Both the position numbers and the translations under genes were made by a program. Shown here one piece after another: positions 1 through 14,729 of a stretch of DNA of 64,000 nt. How positions within the stretch are numbered: position 1 is the first letter of the stretch; each line of letters opens with the position of its first letter. The notes beneath the pieces are model-generated. The model worked only from the letters and a program-made list of their open reading frames with translations. It ran no database searches and was not told where the DNA came from. This DNA is from Octopus vulgaris (lineage: Eukaryota), in assembly GCA_951406725.2 (NCBI GenBank), contig OX597824.1, forward strand, positions 90,768,001 to 90,832,000, written 5' to 3'.

Positions 1-42
<42 letters not shown>

Positions 43-102
43 GTGTATGTATGAGTGTATATGTATGTATATATATATGTATATATGTGTGTATATATAT
101 AT

Positions 103-160
<58 letters not shown>

Positions 161-188
161 ATATATGCAATATATATATATTATATAT

Positions 189-265
<77 letters not shown>

Positions 266-380
266 AGTGCTTAAGTCTCTTACTACCTAAACATACCTGC
301 GTACACACACACAAACACTTGCACGCACACACATACACGCACACGCATACACACACACATGAATATATACGTGTGTGGGT

Positions 381-413
<33 letters not shown>

Positions 414-416
<3 letters not shown>

Positions 417-478
417 ATGACCGTGTCTATGTGCTCGTATGACCGTGTCTATGTGCTCGTATGACCGTGTCTATGTGC
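414..478 (+). repeat. 22-bp minisatellite x3
   Basis: CGTATGACCGTGTCTATGTGCT repeated three times. Confidence 0.9.
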
Positions 479-1187
479 CGCGTTCCCAGGCGCAGCGGAA
501 CGAACGCAAGAAGTGTGAACTCTAAAGAACTGATAACGACTGCAGTCTTCCTACTCGTCTCTGGCTGCCAGACTCTCGTTGCCATAGAAGCAGACTGAAG
601 TAATATATTTATCAGCATTTTATTAACTGCTGTACCATATCCATCCAAAAACAGCGATAAACGTACCTTACCGACAGACCGTCTCCGTGGTTCGGAGGAA
701 AGACCTCGGTCTAGTATCGTTGTTGCTCGACCTGTTAGAAATAGTAGTCAGATTCTCCTCAACTTACATTATACTGTCTGAGAAAAAGGATCAATATGTT
801 ATATTATGAAGCCCTAGATATATTATGTTCGAGGGAAAGCGATGAGATCATCCGGGGTGAAATAGTTTTGATTGAAGGTATATTTTGATAAGGGGGACCT
901 AGGCGGGGAACAACAAAAACAGTTTACTAAATATATTTACGTTTGGGGTAATTAGCTTTTACGGTAGAGAATTCGCTTTGTATGCGAGAGATACTGAGAT
1001 CGGTACTCAGCTGCACTCGTTAATATGTGATTACATGTGCAGACATGGCTGTGTGGTTAGAAGCTCGCTTTGGAACCCAGAGGTTTCTGGTTCAGTTCAA
1101 CTGCGCGGCACCTAGAGTAAGTGTTTTCTACTATTGTCCTGGGTCAACTAATGACTGCATGTAGTAGACGGAAACTGTGGAAGCCTG

Positions 1188-1241
<54 letters not shown>

Positions 1242-2176
1242 ATGTGTGTGTGTGTGTGTGTGTGTATGTGTGCGTGTGTGTGCGTGTGAATATGTACAGA
1301 ACATGTGTATGTGGGTATCTTTGTGTTTGTCTACCATCACTACTTGACGACTGTGTCTATTTGTTTCTGCTACGTCACCTAGCGGTTCGACAGATGAGAC
1401 CGACAGAATTAGTACCCAACATAAAAAAGTACTGGAGCCAATTTACTCAATGAGAGAAACACGCAAAAGATTAAAGGTAAAAAATACATGACAATTTTCT
1501 AGAAACAGCAGCCAAATTTCCCTCAAATCAAACTCAACCTTCTCTAAAACGTGGGAAGGCACATAAATTAATGTAGTCCTCGATATACATACTCCGATCA
1601 CATGATGGTATAGTCTAGGCTTGAATTACTCGATCGGACTGGCCAGGTGTTAAACGACAACAAAAACGACACGCGGCGTACCTGATCAACTAGACACAGA
1701 CATCTTTAAAAGTGAGCGGTACAAAGCGTAGTGTAGTCCTAGATACACTAGGTCTGAACGAACATTAAATTGGAAGGTTTTCACTTGGTTACACATCAGT
1801 TCAGTCGAACTTGTCGTGCCATTCCCTTAATTACAAGTGGACTTGTTTTAAGCTAAACGTAGATGTATTATAACAACAATAATTATATACTTCCGGTTCA
1901 TTAAAATGGCGCGTAAATACCTCAGATTATATACAAAATATTGATTGACATATTTAAGAAATCATGTGGTTTCGGGTTCAATCCTCCAGCCCAGCACCTT
2001 GAGCAGGTGACTTCTACTAAAAGCCCTTAGCAGACCGATGTCTTATGAATGGGTGAATTATGTAGACGGAAACTGAATTGAAGCCCATCATGTCATTTAT
2101 TCTTTTACTTGCTTCAGTGATTTGACTGCGACCATACTGGAGCACCACCTTTTAATCGAACAAATCAAAACCTGAA

Positions 2177-2221
<45 letters not shown>

Positions 2222-2402
2222 GGCTTATGTCAGTTTCTGTCTACCAAATCTACACACAAGGCTTTGGTCGGTCCGAGGCTATAGTTTGAGACACTTGCCC
2301 AAGGTGTCATGCAGTGGGACTGAACCCAGAACTATGTGGTTGGGAAACAAGCTTCTTACCACACAGCCATGCCTTCGCCTATATGTGTGTGTCGTGCGTG
2401 CA

Positions 2403-2462
<60 letters not shown>

Positions 2463-3212
2463 CATACATACATACATATATTTGTGTGTGTGTGTAAGTG
2501 TATGTGCAGCTATGCTTGTTTTTTCGCACCGCTTGAGATCCGCTGGTGGTTTGTTTACGTCCCCATAACTTAGCGGTTCGTTGAAAAGGACCGCGAGAAT
2601 AAGTACCAGACTTTAAAACATACACACACACACACACACACAAATAATTACTAAGTACAGAGGTCGGTTTGTTGTTCTACTAAACTTCTCAAGGCGGTGC
2701 CCCAGCATGGCCGCAGCCCAATGCCTGAAACAAGTCTCTCTAATCACCGATGCTTGTCATCGTCTATACCAATTCATTGAAAAACATCAATAATGTCGCC
2801 GCTCACACAAACGAGCGAAGGACGTCGGAAGATTTTTTTTTTCCTTCTCTTTATTCCTCTTTCCGTCTTTCACTCATTTTATCAGCTTTTTTCTTTCTTT
2901 CTTGAATTCTTTGTTGATTCGTTGTTTGTTTTTCTTCTTTTGTTTCTGCCTGAGTTTCTTTTCTTTTTTCTTTCTTTTCTTTTTCTTTTTGCTTTCTATC
3001 GTTTTATACCTGTTTCTTACTTTTATTCTCTCTCCTCTCTTCCATATCCATCCATCCATTCATCCATCCAGCCATCCATCTATCCATCCATCTATGAGGT
3101 AGACTTTGCCTTCCATTCTTTCGGGGTCGATAAATTAAGTACTTAATCAGTTTGTCTGTCCTTGTTTGTCTCCTCTGTGTTTAGCCCCTTGTGGGTAGTA
3201 AAGAAATATCTT

Positions 3213-3269
<57 letters not shown>

Positions 3270-3588
3270 ATCTATTTGTCTATCTATTTATATGTGTGTG
3301 TTTGAGTGTGTGTGTGTGTGTGTGTAGGTGTGGTTTTAGGCGCGTGGCTTAATGGTTAAGGGGGTTGGACACATGATCGTAAGATTGTGGTTTCGATTCC
3401 TGGACCGGGTGACGCGTTGTGTTCTTGAGCAAGACACTTCATTTCACGTTGCTCCAGTCCACTCAGCTGGCAAAAATGAATGCTCCTTCGATGAACCGGC
3501 GTCCCGTCCAGAAGAGGTCGGGGAACTTATACACCATTGAAACCGGCAAACTGACCCTATGAGCATTATGTGACTCGGGAAGGATCTT

Positions 3589-3634
<46 letters not shown>

Positions 3635-4086
3635 AAGAAAGAGAGAGGGGGAGGGAGAGATAGATAGATAGATAGATAGATAAATAGATAGCTAGATATA
3701 GATATGCACATACCTACCCCTGCATCTACCCATTTACCGATCAACCTGCTTTTCTGCTTTTACTCTCTCTCTCCTCCTTCAGTTTTTCTCTTTTTCCTTC
3801 TCTCTCTCTCTCTCCCTCTCTCCCTCCAACCCTCTATTTTCCCTTGCATCCGTCCTATTTCTGCTTCTCTTATCACAAACATCTGCGGATCGATACACTA
3901 CACGCACCGTTCCCTGCGGCCAATCACCTCGCCGTGATGCAACGTGGTGCAGTGTCTGTCGGCCGCTCTAAGTGCACACGCCACACTTTTAGGCTGGCTG
4001 CAGTTCGCGAATCGCTCTTTGTGTCTGCTTGAATAGTTGCATAACTTTATTAGAGATGCTCTGAAACTGCACGCTCTGGCACTACA

Positions 4087-4131
<45 letters not shown>

Positions 4132-4539
4132 GAGGAGGAGGAGGAAGAAAAATTGGGAGAGGGAGAGAGGGATGGAAAGAGGGATGGAGAGAAAAAGAGA
4201 GGGAGGGAGAAAGCAATCTATGTAAGCAGACGTATCTATCAATAAAGATCTACTACTACTACTACTACTGCTATATTAAATGTAGTGGTAGTGAAAATAG
4301 CAATAACAATATAGGTTTCAAATTTTGGCACAAGGCCAGTAATTTTGGGGGAGGAGGTAAGTCGACTAAATCTACCCCAGTACGCAACTGGTACATTTTT
4401 TATGGACCTCAGAACGCAACTGGTACTTTTTTCATCGACCCCGAAAGGAAGAAAGGCAAAGTCGACCCCGGCGGATTGATAACAATAACAATGACAACAA
4501 TATTAATAATATCAATACTTGCTATTGTTGCATATTATT

Positions 4540-4617
<78 letters not shown>

Positions 4618-4619
<2 letters not shown>

Positions 4620-4833
4620 TATACACTCAACAGATTAGAATGTTGGAAAAGTAAAGGATCCTAACATCGGGCTACAACAAGTAACCTTAGATGCCAAGAA
4701 CCCTCGTAAGTATCCTAGCTCTCCCTAATAACACTGTTCCCTGCAGCTGTACTAAATTGGATTTTATGCCCTCTATCCATCTGTTCAGATCTTTAGGGTT
4801 AGTTCCCAGTGCACCTATAACTACTGGGATACA

Positions 4834-4837
<4 letters not shown>
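4618..4837 (-). mobile_element. Short R4/Dong-like 3' end
   Basis: IPVVIGALGT...LQGTVLLGRARILTRVLGI, homologous to the C-termini of the neighbouring copies; lies between (TAA)n tracts. Confidence 0.75.
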
Positions 4838-4920
<83 letters not shown>

Positions 4921-4922
<2 letters not shown>

Positions 4923-6670
4923 TATGTTTGACTTTTGCTTTATATTTGTACAAGTTGGCTCCATGTCTCACCCAGAGACTTCAAGAGACAACAGGTTGGA
5001 AGTTCACGTTGTTGTTATGCCTAGTGTGCCATATATTTGGGGTTTTTTTTGGTGTTGTACTAGTGAATATCCAAAAAAAAAAACCCAAAATTGTGTTTGT
5101 TTTAAACCCTTAGATTACATAGAAAGTATTTTGCGTAGGATATGAGCAGTTCCCATGAGCACTATCTTTTGAATTTCTGCCATTTTGGGGTTTCCTGGTA
5201 TCTGAGTAAGGTAGCAATCAGCCCCTTTCGCTATCATTCCCAGGGCACCTATGACAACAGGTATTGTTTTAGTTTTCAGGTTCCACATTTTGCTGATTTC
5301 TATTTCAAGATATTTATATTTGCTCAGTTTTTGGTAGGTCTTGACAGATACGTTTATATCGATTGGGACAGTCATATCAATGAGGAGGCATGTTCTTTGT
5401 CTGAAGTCTTTCAATATGATGTCTGGCCTATTTGCATCTATCTTTCTGTGAGTTTGAGTGGTGAAGTTCCAGAGGAGTGAGATGTGGTCATTTTCAAGCA
5501 CTGGAGGTGGTTTGTGTTCCCACCAGTTTTTTTCATGGGGCAAATCCAGGTTTTTGCAAATTACCCAGTGAATATATTGTGCAGCTCTATCATGCCTGTT
5601 GAGATACTCTGTAGGCGCTAGAAGACTGCACCTGGAGACAACATGATCAATGGTTTCATTTTGCTGTTGACATACACGACATGTTGGGCTACTGCCGTTC
5701 TTTAATATGTTGGCCTAGTAGTTTCTTGTTGGTAGGCATTGATCTTGAGCTGCTAAGATGAACCCTTCTGTTTCAGATTTTAAGCCCGAGGCCATTAGCC
5801 ATTGATGGGTCAGGGCTTTGTCAACATCTGCATTATTCGCTCTCTTTGAGTATTTGCCATAGAGAGGTTTTTCTTGCCATTTATCATTCAGAATATCTAA
5901 GGCCGCAGATTTAGCACGGGTTTTCATGCGCTTAGCTTTTTCTGTGCCTGTTTCTTGTATGTCTATCTCTAATTCCGAAATTTGTTGTATTCGGAATTCA
6001 CTTAGACATTCCTTTGCCTGTTGTGTTACTGAGTATGATGCTTTCTTGTTTTCATATTTTGAGACAAGTTTTAACATCCAATCCTCAGAGTTTTTCAGGT
6101 AGGTGTCTAGGCCAATTGTAGCAATCTTCATTGTTATTGCCAGTTGTAAAAGTCCACGGCCTCCCTCTTTTCTTGGCAGATAAAGTCGTTCTGTATCTGC
6201 CTTAGGGTGGTGCATTCTATGCATTGTCAACAGTTTTCGTATTTTTCTGTCAAGATTACATATTTCAGTAATTGACCAGTTAACGACATTGAAACTGTAA
6301 GTCACGACTGGTATGGCTAAAGCATTGATCGCTTCGATCCTGTTTCTCGCATTCAGCTGTCTTGAGTATTGCTCTTACTCTGCGATAACATTCTCCCCTA
6401 ATCCTTTCCTTCATCTCTGAATGCCTTATTCCGTCCCCTTCAATTACCCCTAGGTACTTGTAGCTCTCCGCTGGGTCTAATTCTTTTATGACATTCTGCT
6501 GGTCAAGGTTAACGTTAGATGTTTCTGTCATTTTTCCTTTGATAAAGGTAGCTTTTGCACATTTATCGAGGCCAAATTGCATTCTGATGTCATCACTGAA
6601 TTGTTTAACAATCTCTAGTAAGCCCTTGAGTTGTTGGTCATTTTTTGCAAAGAGCTTTAAATCATCCATG
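4921..6670 (-). mobile_element. 5'-truncated R4/Dong-like non-LTR retrotransposon (RT + CCHC + restriction-like endonuclease), disrupted
   Basis: YMDDLKLFAK (RT core), YKYLG, GGRGL, CRVC...H....C zinc knuckle, NRPDII..D endonuclease motif, IPVVIGALG; frameshift near 6300-6360 and stop at 5715; flanked by (TAA)n. Confidence 0.9.
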
Positions 6671-6672
6671 TA

Positions 6673-6761
<89 letters not shown>

Positions 6762-6789
6762 CATCATCATCATCCTCATCATCATTGTT

Positions 6790-6951
6790 ATTGCCTTTGC
6801 ACAGCTTCTAAAGCTGGTGTCAGCTGTTCACTACCAGTGAACTAAGGTAACACCTCTTATTTTTTGAGCACCTGCCGGTGCTGCTTTCTACAAGTGCTCC
6901 ACCCTTATTGCCGTCCCAATTTGTTCCATGTACTTCTCAAAACTTTTACTC
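6790..6951 (-). mobile_element. Degenerate R4/Dong-like 3' end
   Basis: SKSFEKYMEQIGTAIRVEHL*KAA resembles the C-terminal segment before LQK..LLG; lies between TAA-type tracts. Confidence 0.45.
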
Positions 6952-6973
6952 ATTATTATAATTATTATTACTC

Positions 6974-7020
<47 letters not shown>

Positions 7021-7024
<4 letters not shown>

Positions 7025-7923
7025 TAGTTTTATTTTTATTTTTATAGCGTGCTTTCACTTCACTACCGAGCACAGCTCTGTGTGCCTTGGGTATGTGCTG
7101 TGATTTGTTGTGATGCTCTGATGGTTATTGTATGGAAAGTGTTCTGCGTAGGATGTGTGCAGTGCCCAGTAGTGCAATTTTCTGTATGTTATATGTGTTT
7201 GTAAGTCCTGGTGTTTTTGTTATGTATTTGTCTGAATATTTTTTTATCATGCCTAATGCACCTACTATGATAGGAATTGTTTCTGTTTTCAGATTCCACA
7301 TTCTAGTTACCTCTATTTCCAGGTCTTTGTATTTTGAGAGTTTCTCCATTTCTTTTAGAGACACGTTGTCATCTGCCGGTACTGATACATCAATTAGAAA
7401 GCATTTTTTTTTCCTTCATGGTCTCTGACAACTATATCTGGTCTGTTGGCCTTAATTTCTCTATCTGTGTGTATCGGCATATCCCAGAGTATGGTTGCTT
7501 TCTCGTTTTCTGTGACCTTTTCTGGTGTGTGCCTATACCATCTTTTTTCTGTTGTTATTCCATAATGTTGGCATAGCTTCCAATGTATGTAAGTTCCAAC
7601 TCTGTCATGTCTGTGAATATATTCCTTCTTAGCCAGGACTGGGCAGCTAGAGATAATATGATTTATTGTTTCTTGTCCATCTCCACATATTCTGCAGTTA
7701 CTTGTAATATTTCTTTTCATTACATGTTTTTGGTAATTTCTGGTGGGGAGGCTTTGGTCTTGTGCTGCAATTAAAAATCCCTCTGTTTCTGCTTTGAGTC
7801 CTGAGCTTCTCAACCATTGCTGGGATTTTTCTTTGTCTATTTCTTTTGCGTTTAGTTTAGTCCAGTATTTACCATGAAGGGGCTTTTCTTGCCATCGTTT
7901 TATCATGGTTCTTTGCTGTTCTA

Positions 7924-7925
<2 letters not shown>
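7021..7925 (-). mobile_element. Second R4/Dong-like LINE 3' fragment (different subfamily)
   Basis: ORFs 7394-7906 and 7125-7364: CRICGDGQETINHIISSC, NRPDIV, KYKDLEIEV, IVGALG; flanked by (TAA)n. Confidence 0.88.
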
Positions 7926-7978
<53 letters not shown>

Positions 7979-7982
7979 TTTA

Positions 7983-8046
<64 letters not shown>

Positions 8047-8496
8047 GTGGCGAGCTGTCAGAATTGTTACCACGCCAGGCAAAATGCTCAACGGCATTTC
8101 GTCCGCCTTCACGTTCTTAGTTCAAATTCCGTCGCGGTCGATTTTGTCTTTCCTTCTTTAGAAGCCGATAAAATATGTTCCAGTTAAGTACTGGGGTCAA
8201 TGTAATCAACACAGCCACCCCTGAGCCTACTTTCATCACATTTCACTGTCTTCTACTTCTTTCCCCCCGTCCTTTATGTAAATCCCTCTACAAATTACTC
8301 TCCGTTCTTGTAAGGTCTCCCTTATCTAATCCCCTATGAGACTAATTGGCAGAATCGTTAGAGCATCAGACAAAATGCTTTGCGGTTTGAGTTCAAGACT
8401 GGGCATTCTGAGACGATGATTAGTAAATATCATCGATCCATTATCTGACAGGGACTATATTTAATCGATCCCTTGTATTTCTGTCTATATATACAT

Positions 8497-8537
<41 letters not shown>

Positions 8538-8722
8538 TGTACCTATAGAGCTATAGAAGGAAGAAACAAAACTAGACACAGACACAATTGGATATACATG
8601 TATGCTTGTGTGTGTGTATACAAGTATGTATGCATGTATGTATGTATGTGTGTTTTCTAATCTGTGAGTGTAAGCATGTGCGTGAAGAACAGAGAAAGCG
8701 AGAGGAGAAAATAGAGTAAAGA

Positions 8723-8756
<34 letters not shown>

Positions 8757-9527
8757 TTCCTTCTATATACTAAAGCACCATTATTCTATGTTTCAAGCCA
8801 TAGAATTTAATCACTTCGCACACAAGGGAGTGTAATATTTAGCAAATCATCGATAAACTCTGGACTAATTTAAGGTATTTATGATCATGCGGGAATTGCT
8901 GCAAGAGATGCAATTTATCGAACGGGTCACAGGTATTTGTGAGTTGGTTCCTCGTGACAACACTCGGGTTTAGCTTACGAATGTTTGGAGTTCAAGTTAA
9001 TACAGGTGTCACCGAACCTTTGAGTTGTAGAAATAATTAATACAAATAGAATCGATGAAGACTTCCTGCAAATTTTGAAAATTGGTTTACGGTCAGGTAT
9101 TAGGGTGATCAATGGTAGAATGAATTTCCAGGACTTGGGGAGGAGTTTGTTGAAGTGGCGACACTTCATGAAAAATTTAGATCTTGCATTTATGTAACTC
9201 ACACACATACATAAATACATATATAATGCATACTTACATACAAACAAACATGCATATATACGTGCATACATACATAAATATTTACATACATAAATGAATT
9301 TACGCATTACAAAATACATTGCCTTAACTATATATATACGTATATATATATATATATCTGCATGAATGTATGGATGTGTGTATGTATGTACGTATGTACG
9401 TATCCATGTGTGAATAGAATACACATATGTATGTATGCTTATATATATATATAGATATACATACACATGTACATACATATATAGATATACAAACATACAT
9501 AAGTGCATATACAAATGTATATAGTAA

Positions 9528-9567
<40 letters not shown>

Positions 9568-9860
9568 TATAGATATACATACACATGTACATACATATAT
9601 AGATATACAAACATACATAAGTGCATATACATATGTATATAGTAAAACACATATATATATATATATATATATATACGTGTTTATATCAATACACACTTAT
9701 ACAAATTTATACATGTAATTAAGCGTAAATGTTATCTATGAATAAAAACGTGTATATTTTGCCTGTGCAACATAAATGCGTATACAAATACATACCTATA
9801 TGAGTGTGTGTGAGCATGTGTGTGTGTGTGTGCGCGTGTGTGTGTGTGTCTGCGTATATG

Positions 9861-9902
<42 letters not shown>

Positions 9903-10392
9903 TTATTTACTTATATATATATATATATCAACAAAATCTCACTAGAATATGAAATATATATATATATGTATATTTTTTAGCTTTGTTTGTTTTTTATATC
10001 TATATATCTATATATTAAGTCGACTTTCGTTCCGGGAGTGGCATGCTTCAGGTAGTTGTCGCCATATTCTTCAATTTATATACGCTATACAGATAATTTC
10101 TCTACATAAATAGGACATTATTAAATAAAAGTGAAAAAAAAAATGGGAAATATAGATAATGGAGATGGATAATCCATTGTTCGTATTGAGAGAAAAGTAG
10201 TTTTGGAATTTTCACTTGCGGATATATTGTATGGATGCGTTACAGATCTCTGGCTGTCTGGCTGTCGCTTTCTCTTTATACACACGCACACACACACATG
10301 TATATATATATATATATATTGTGTGTGTGTGTATATATATGTATTTATTTATATGTACATATGTTTTATATATATATGTATATACATACGTG

Positions 10393-10436
<44 letters not shown>

Positions 10437-10674
10437 TATATATATATATATATATACGCGCTTTCTCTCCCTCTCTATCTATCTATTTATATATATATAT
10501 ATACGCATATATATATATATATATAGGTGCGTGCATGTGTGTGTGTGTATATATGTTTTTATTTATATATATGTACATATGTTTTATGTTTATGTATATG
10601 CATACATGTGTGTATATATTTATACACACACACTCACACACACACATTTATATATACACACGCTCTCTCTCTCT

Positions 10675-10756
<82 letters not shown>

Positions 10757-10802
10757 GTATATGTATATGTATATATATGCATATACGGACACGCGCACAC
10801 AG

Positions 10803-10851
<49 letters not shown>

Positions 10852-11177
10852 ATATTTATAAATATGTTTAAATATGATAATGCCGATGTCATTTTAGTAT
10901 ATTTGAATAATATGCAATACACTATATTTTGTTTTTGCTTTTTGCTTTTTATTGTTGGTCATCTTGTTCCAACTTCCTCTCTCGATGCTATTTCGTTGAG
11001 AACATCTTTTGACACACAAACGAATACGTACAGACATTATTTTGTGTAACATTTCCTGTTGATGATCAGCTTACTAGCAAACAACAAAACATTTAGTGGT
11101 GGTACTCTACACATGTACTAGAGTAAAATCTATTGATCGTACTCGTTTCACTGAGACTTCAAATTTCGTACTTAATG

Positions 11178-11192
11178 TCTACTACTACTACA

Positions 11193-11239
<47 letters not shown>

Positions 11240-11395
11240 CACTACTACTACTACTGCTGCTGTTGCTGCTGCTACTGCTGCTGCTACTACTACTACTACT
11301 ACTGCTGCTACTACTACTACTACTACTACTACCACTACTGCTGCTGTTACTAGTACTTCTACTACTGCTACAACTGTTGCTGCTGCCACTACCAT

Positions 11396-11453
<58 letters not shown>

Positions 11454-11503
11454 GCCGCTGCTATTACTGCTGCTACTACTACTGCTGCTGCTTTTGCTGC
11501 TAT

Positions 11504-11549
<46 letters not shown>

Positions 11550-11573
11550 GCTGCTACTACTACTACTGCTGCA

Positions 11574-11636
<63 letters not shown>
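11178..11636. repeat. Compound (CTA)n/(CTG)n microsatellite
   Basis: Read directly; representative of many (TA)n, (CA)n, (TACA)n, (GATA)n, (TTA)n and (CAT)n tracts across the window. Confidence 0.95.
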
Positions 11637-11638
<2 letters not shown>

Positions 11639-12180
11639 GTTCTATATAAAACATAGATCATGGATGGCTTTTCCCCACTGTGCCAGACTCTGGGCTATCT
11701 TATACTGTTTCCCTTCAGTTCCTACTCCTTTAGCTCTGCCTGTGTATCCGGCCTCTGGCCATTTTTAGGGCGTCCTCTTCTTCCGCCTTCCGCGCGGGTT
11801 CCACGTCAGGGCCGGACGTTTTGCAATTTCGCTGCTTTTCCTGGCGGTCAGAAGTGTCGCCAGTTTTGCTGCTTACTTTCAGATTTTCCCGCACAAAGTC
11901 ATAAGTTACCCTGAAGTGAGGACATTTCTCACCCAGGTCCCGTTGGTATTGAACTGTGATCGAGGCTTCTGTAACTTCGCTTTTTCTTTTTCTTGGTGTA
12001 TGTGTTGACTCCACGCAAACCCATTTTTGCTTCTGTGAAGAAGTGGTCCATAGTGGTCAGACCTCTTGTCTTTGACCTCTCCAGCATGGGTGACCCAACT
12101 AGGTGCTTGCACTCGGCTGACATATCTCGCAGGGTCATCAAAACACACAAGTCAACCTACTGCAACGAAGACTGAACCTT
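11637..12180 (-). mobile_element. RTE-clade LINE derivative, apparently internally deleted
   Basis: Minus strand: 5'UTR-like GGTCACCCATGCTGGAGAGGTC, then a 3' coding remnant GRRGRPK...IAQSLAQWGKAIHDLC ending in the (AGT)n tract. Confidence 0.5.
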
Positions 12181-13040
12181 GCTGTGGTTATTCCACAAAT
12201 TTGCTGGAATAATCTGTTAAAGAAAGAATTTGAGATGCCCCAATAAATTTAATATAAATTTTATATGTCTTAGAAAATTTAATATAAATTTAATATAAAT
12301 TTAATATGAATTTTATATGTCTTAGAAAAATGCCATAGCTGAAGGATGAGAGAATATGTATACAGCCATCTGTTTATCAGTTTATTCATCTATCTACCTA
12401 TCTACTTTATGAGAGTACATGTGTTTACTGTCACTTGACATTAAAAATATACAAATTTATTATAAATTACATACCTGAACGCAAACAATATTTGGGCGTC
12501 TTGGCTGTGACTAAGTCGTGAACTTTACAATAAAATTATATAAAGTATAACGTTGTATATTTTATGAATGTCAAATCCCTTTCTCTCTTCTTCTCATCCT
12601 TCTATCTCTTTCTCTTTATATATGTAGTAGATACATAGTCGTAATAATGGAGTCAAGTCAAATTATTTAATACGCATGTTTCAGGTCGGAGTCATATGTA
12701 ATAGGAAACGCGTCCATTACGTAAACCTTCTTCCGTTAAAGCATTTCAGTTATAACGACTCATGCGACTCGATGCTAATACAAACAAGCCGGCTTGGATT
12801 TCGCTTATACGGATACTCATCCAACGATTTAGAGTTGTTTGTTATATTTGACTCGAGTGGAAAATTCTGGTATCGTGCACCGCTTCTTTGCGTAACAGGA
12901 CGAGATATCGTAGATTCACACACACACACACACACACACTCAAACATATACATATATATGTATATATGTTTACATATGTGTGTGTATATATATATATATA
13001 TATATTCACGTGTATGCATGCCTGTATGTATGTATGTGTG

Positions 13041-13091
<51 letters not shown>

Positions 13092-13121
13092 CGCGTATGC
13101 ATGCCTGTATGTATGTGTATG

Positions 13122-13163
<42 letters not shown>

Positions 13164-13732
13164 CATTATATATATATTAATCATAAGGGCGCGCGCATAC
13201 GTCTACCTGCTAGAAATGAGAACTATAACCCTCGGTTAAGCCACCAAAATAACACTGAAAATAATAACAGAATCAACAGTACTGAGGCGAAACGGGTCGA
13301 AAACCATTCTCTAGCTATATAATGCTATTTTAGGCCTGCAACCAGCTATATCAATGTTTCTGTTATTATGAACTATTTATTTTGCCTACGATAATAATAG
13401 CGATATTAATATCTGTATAAATATTCAATCCTGAATATTTGCACCTCATATAATTAATTAATAAGGGTGAGAGAATTAGATACTAATTTAATAGTATACC
13501 TATATATATATATATATATATATATTTCGTATACATTCGAAGCTTTTTTCCAAGGAATCTAATGCTCTTAGCTTAGTTTTTCCTTGGGACTGGCCAGATT
13601 GGAGCAACCTCAAGATTAATCAGCCGAAATTGCGAGGATGATCCGGTTATTGACTGAAGATTAAAGACTTCGAATGTCCCGTCCGTGTTTTTGCATCGTC
13701 TTCTGGATGTTTTGCGTTCTTGTTCCATTTTG

Positions 13733-13775
<43 letters not shown>

Positions 13776-13824
13776 TACATATGTGTATATGTATATATAT
13801 ATATATATATATTATTTATATATA

Positions 13825-13874
<50 letters not shown>

Positions 13875-13958
13875 TACATACATATATGTAAATATATATA
13901 TATATATACATTTACATACATATATATAGATATGGAGAAAGAAATATATATATAGATT

Positions 13959-14046
<88 letters not shown>

Positions 14047-14269
14047 TTCCAGTGTTGCGTGTCCTCGTCATATATAATTTGTGTATGCGATTCAATAAAT
14101 AAATATTATTTGATGCTGAACTCCATATAAAGTTCAGTGGTTACGTAATATAACCATATATACACCAATGTACACATGCATACAGATATTCGTTGCCATG
14201 TATTTGTAAGTACACATGTGTACGCGCGCAGGCATTTGTGTGGGTGAAGAGAGAACGAAAGAGAGGGAG

Positions 14270-14300
<31 letters not shown>

Positions 14301-14301
14301 G

Positions 14302-14360
<59 letters not shown>

Positions 14361-14729
14361 GAGAATATCTTGATACTGAAAGCTTACATGATTCCTGACT
14401 GTGTTAATGGTTAATTATATTGCTAATCAATATAGATAATTAATTAGGTTAATGAACAACAGCTTAATTGCTATTACAACACTGTTATTTAACCGATAGC
14501 CTCCTGGCGAGTCAATAAAACGAGCCGGTTTCGTTCCCTGGAGGAAAACTTCTCGTCGTTTATTGAAGTGCTACGCTCATCCAAGACGAATTTGACTCCA
14601 AAACACATTCCGTTGCGAATTCATATCCGCCTCAAGGATATTGTTGCTATTTCTTAACAGTAAACTCAGTTTGCAACCGTCTCTCATAAGGAGATAAACA
14701 AATAGCAGACATTTGCTGCTGCTACTGCT

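Noticed and set aside
414-478. CRISPR-like array
   Set aside because: Head-to-tail repeats without spacers in eukaryotic DNA.
10012-10080. Minus-strand TTGAAGA...GAA-AGTCGACT-T hammerhead-like motif
   Set aside because: Palindromic helix III is present, but C3 is changed and helices I and II do not close.
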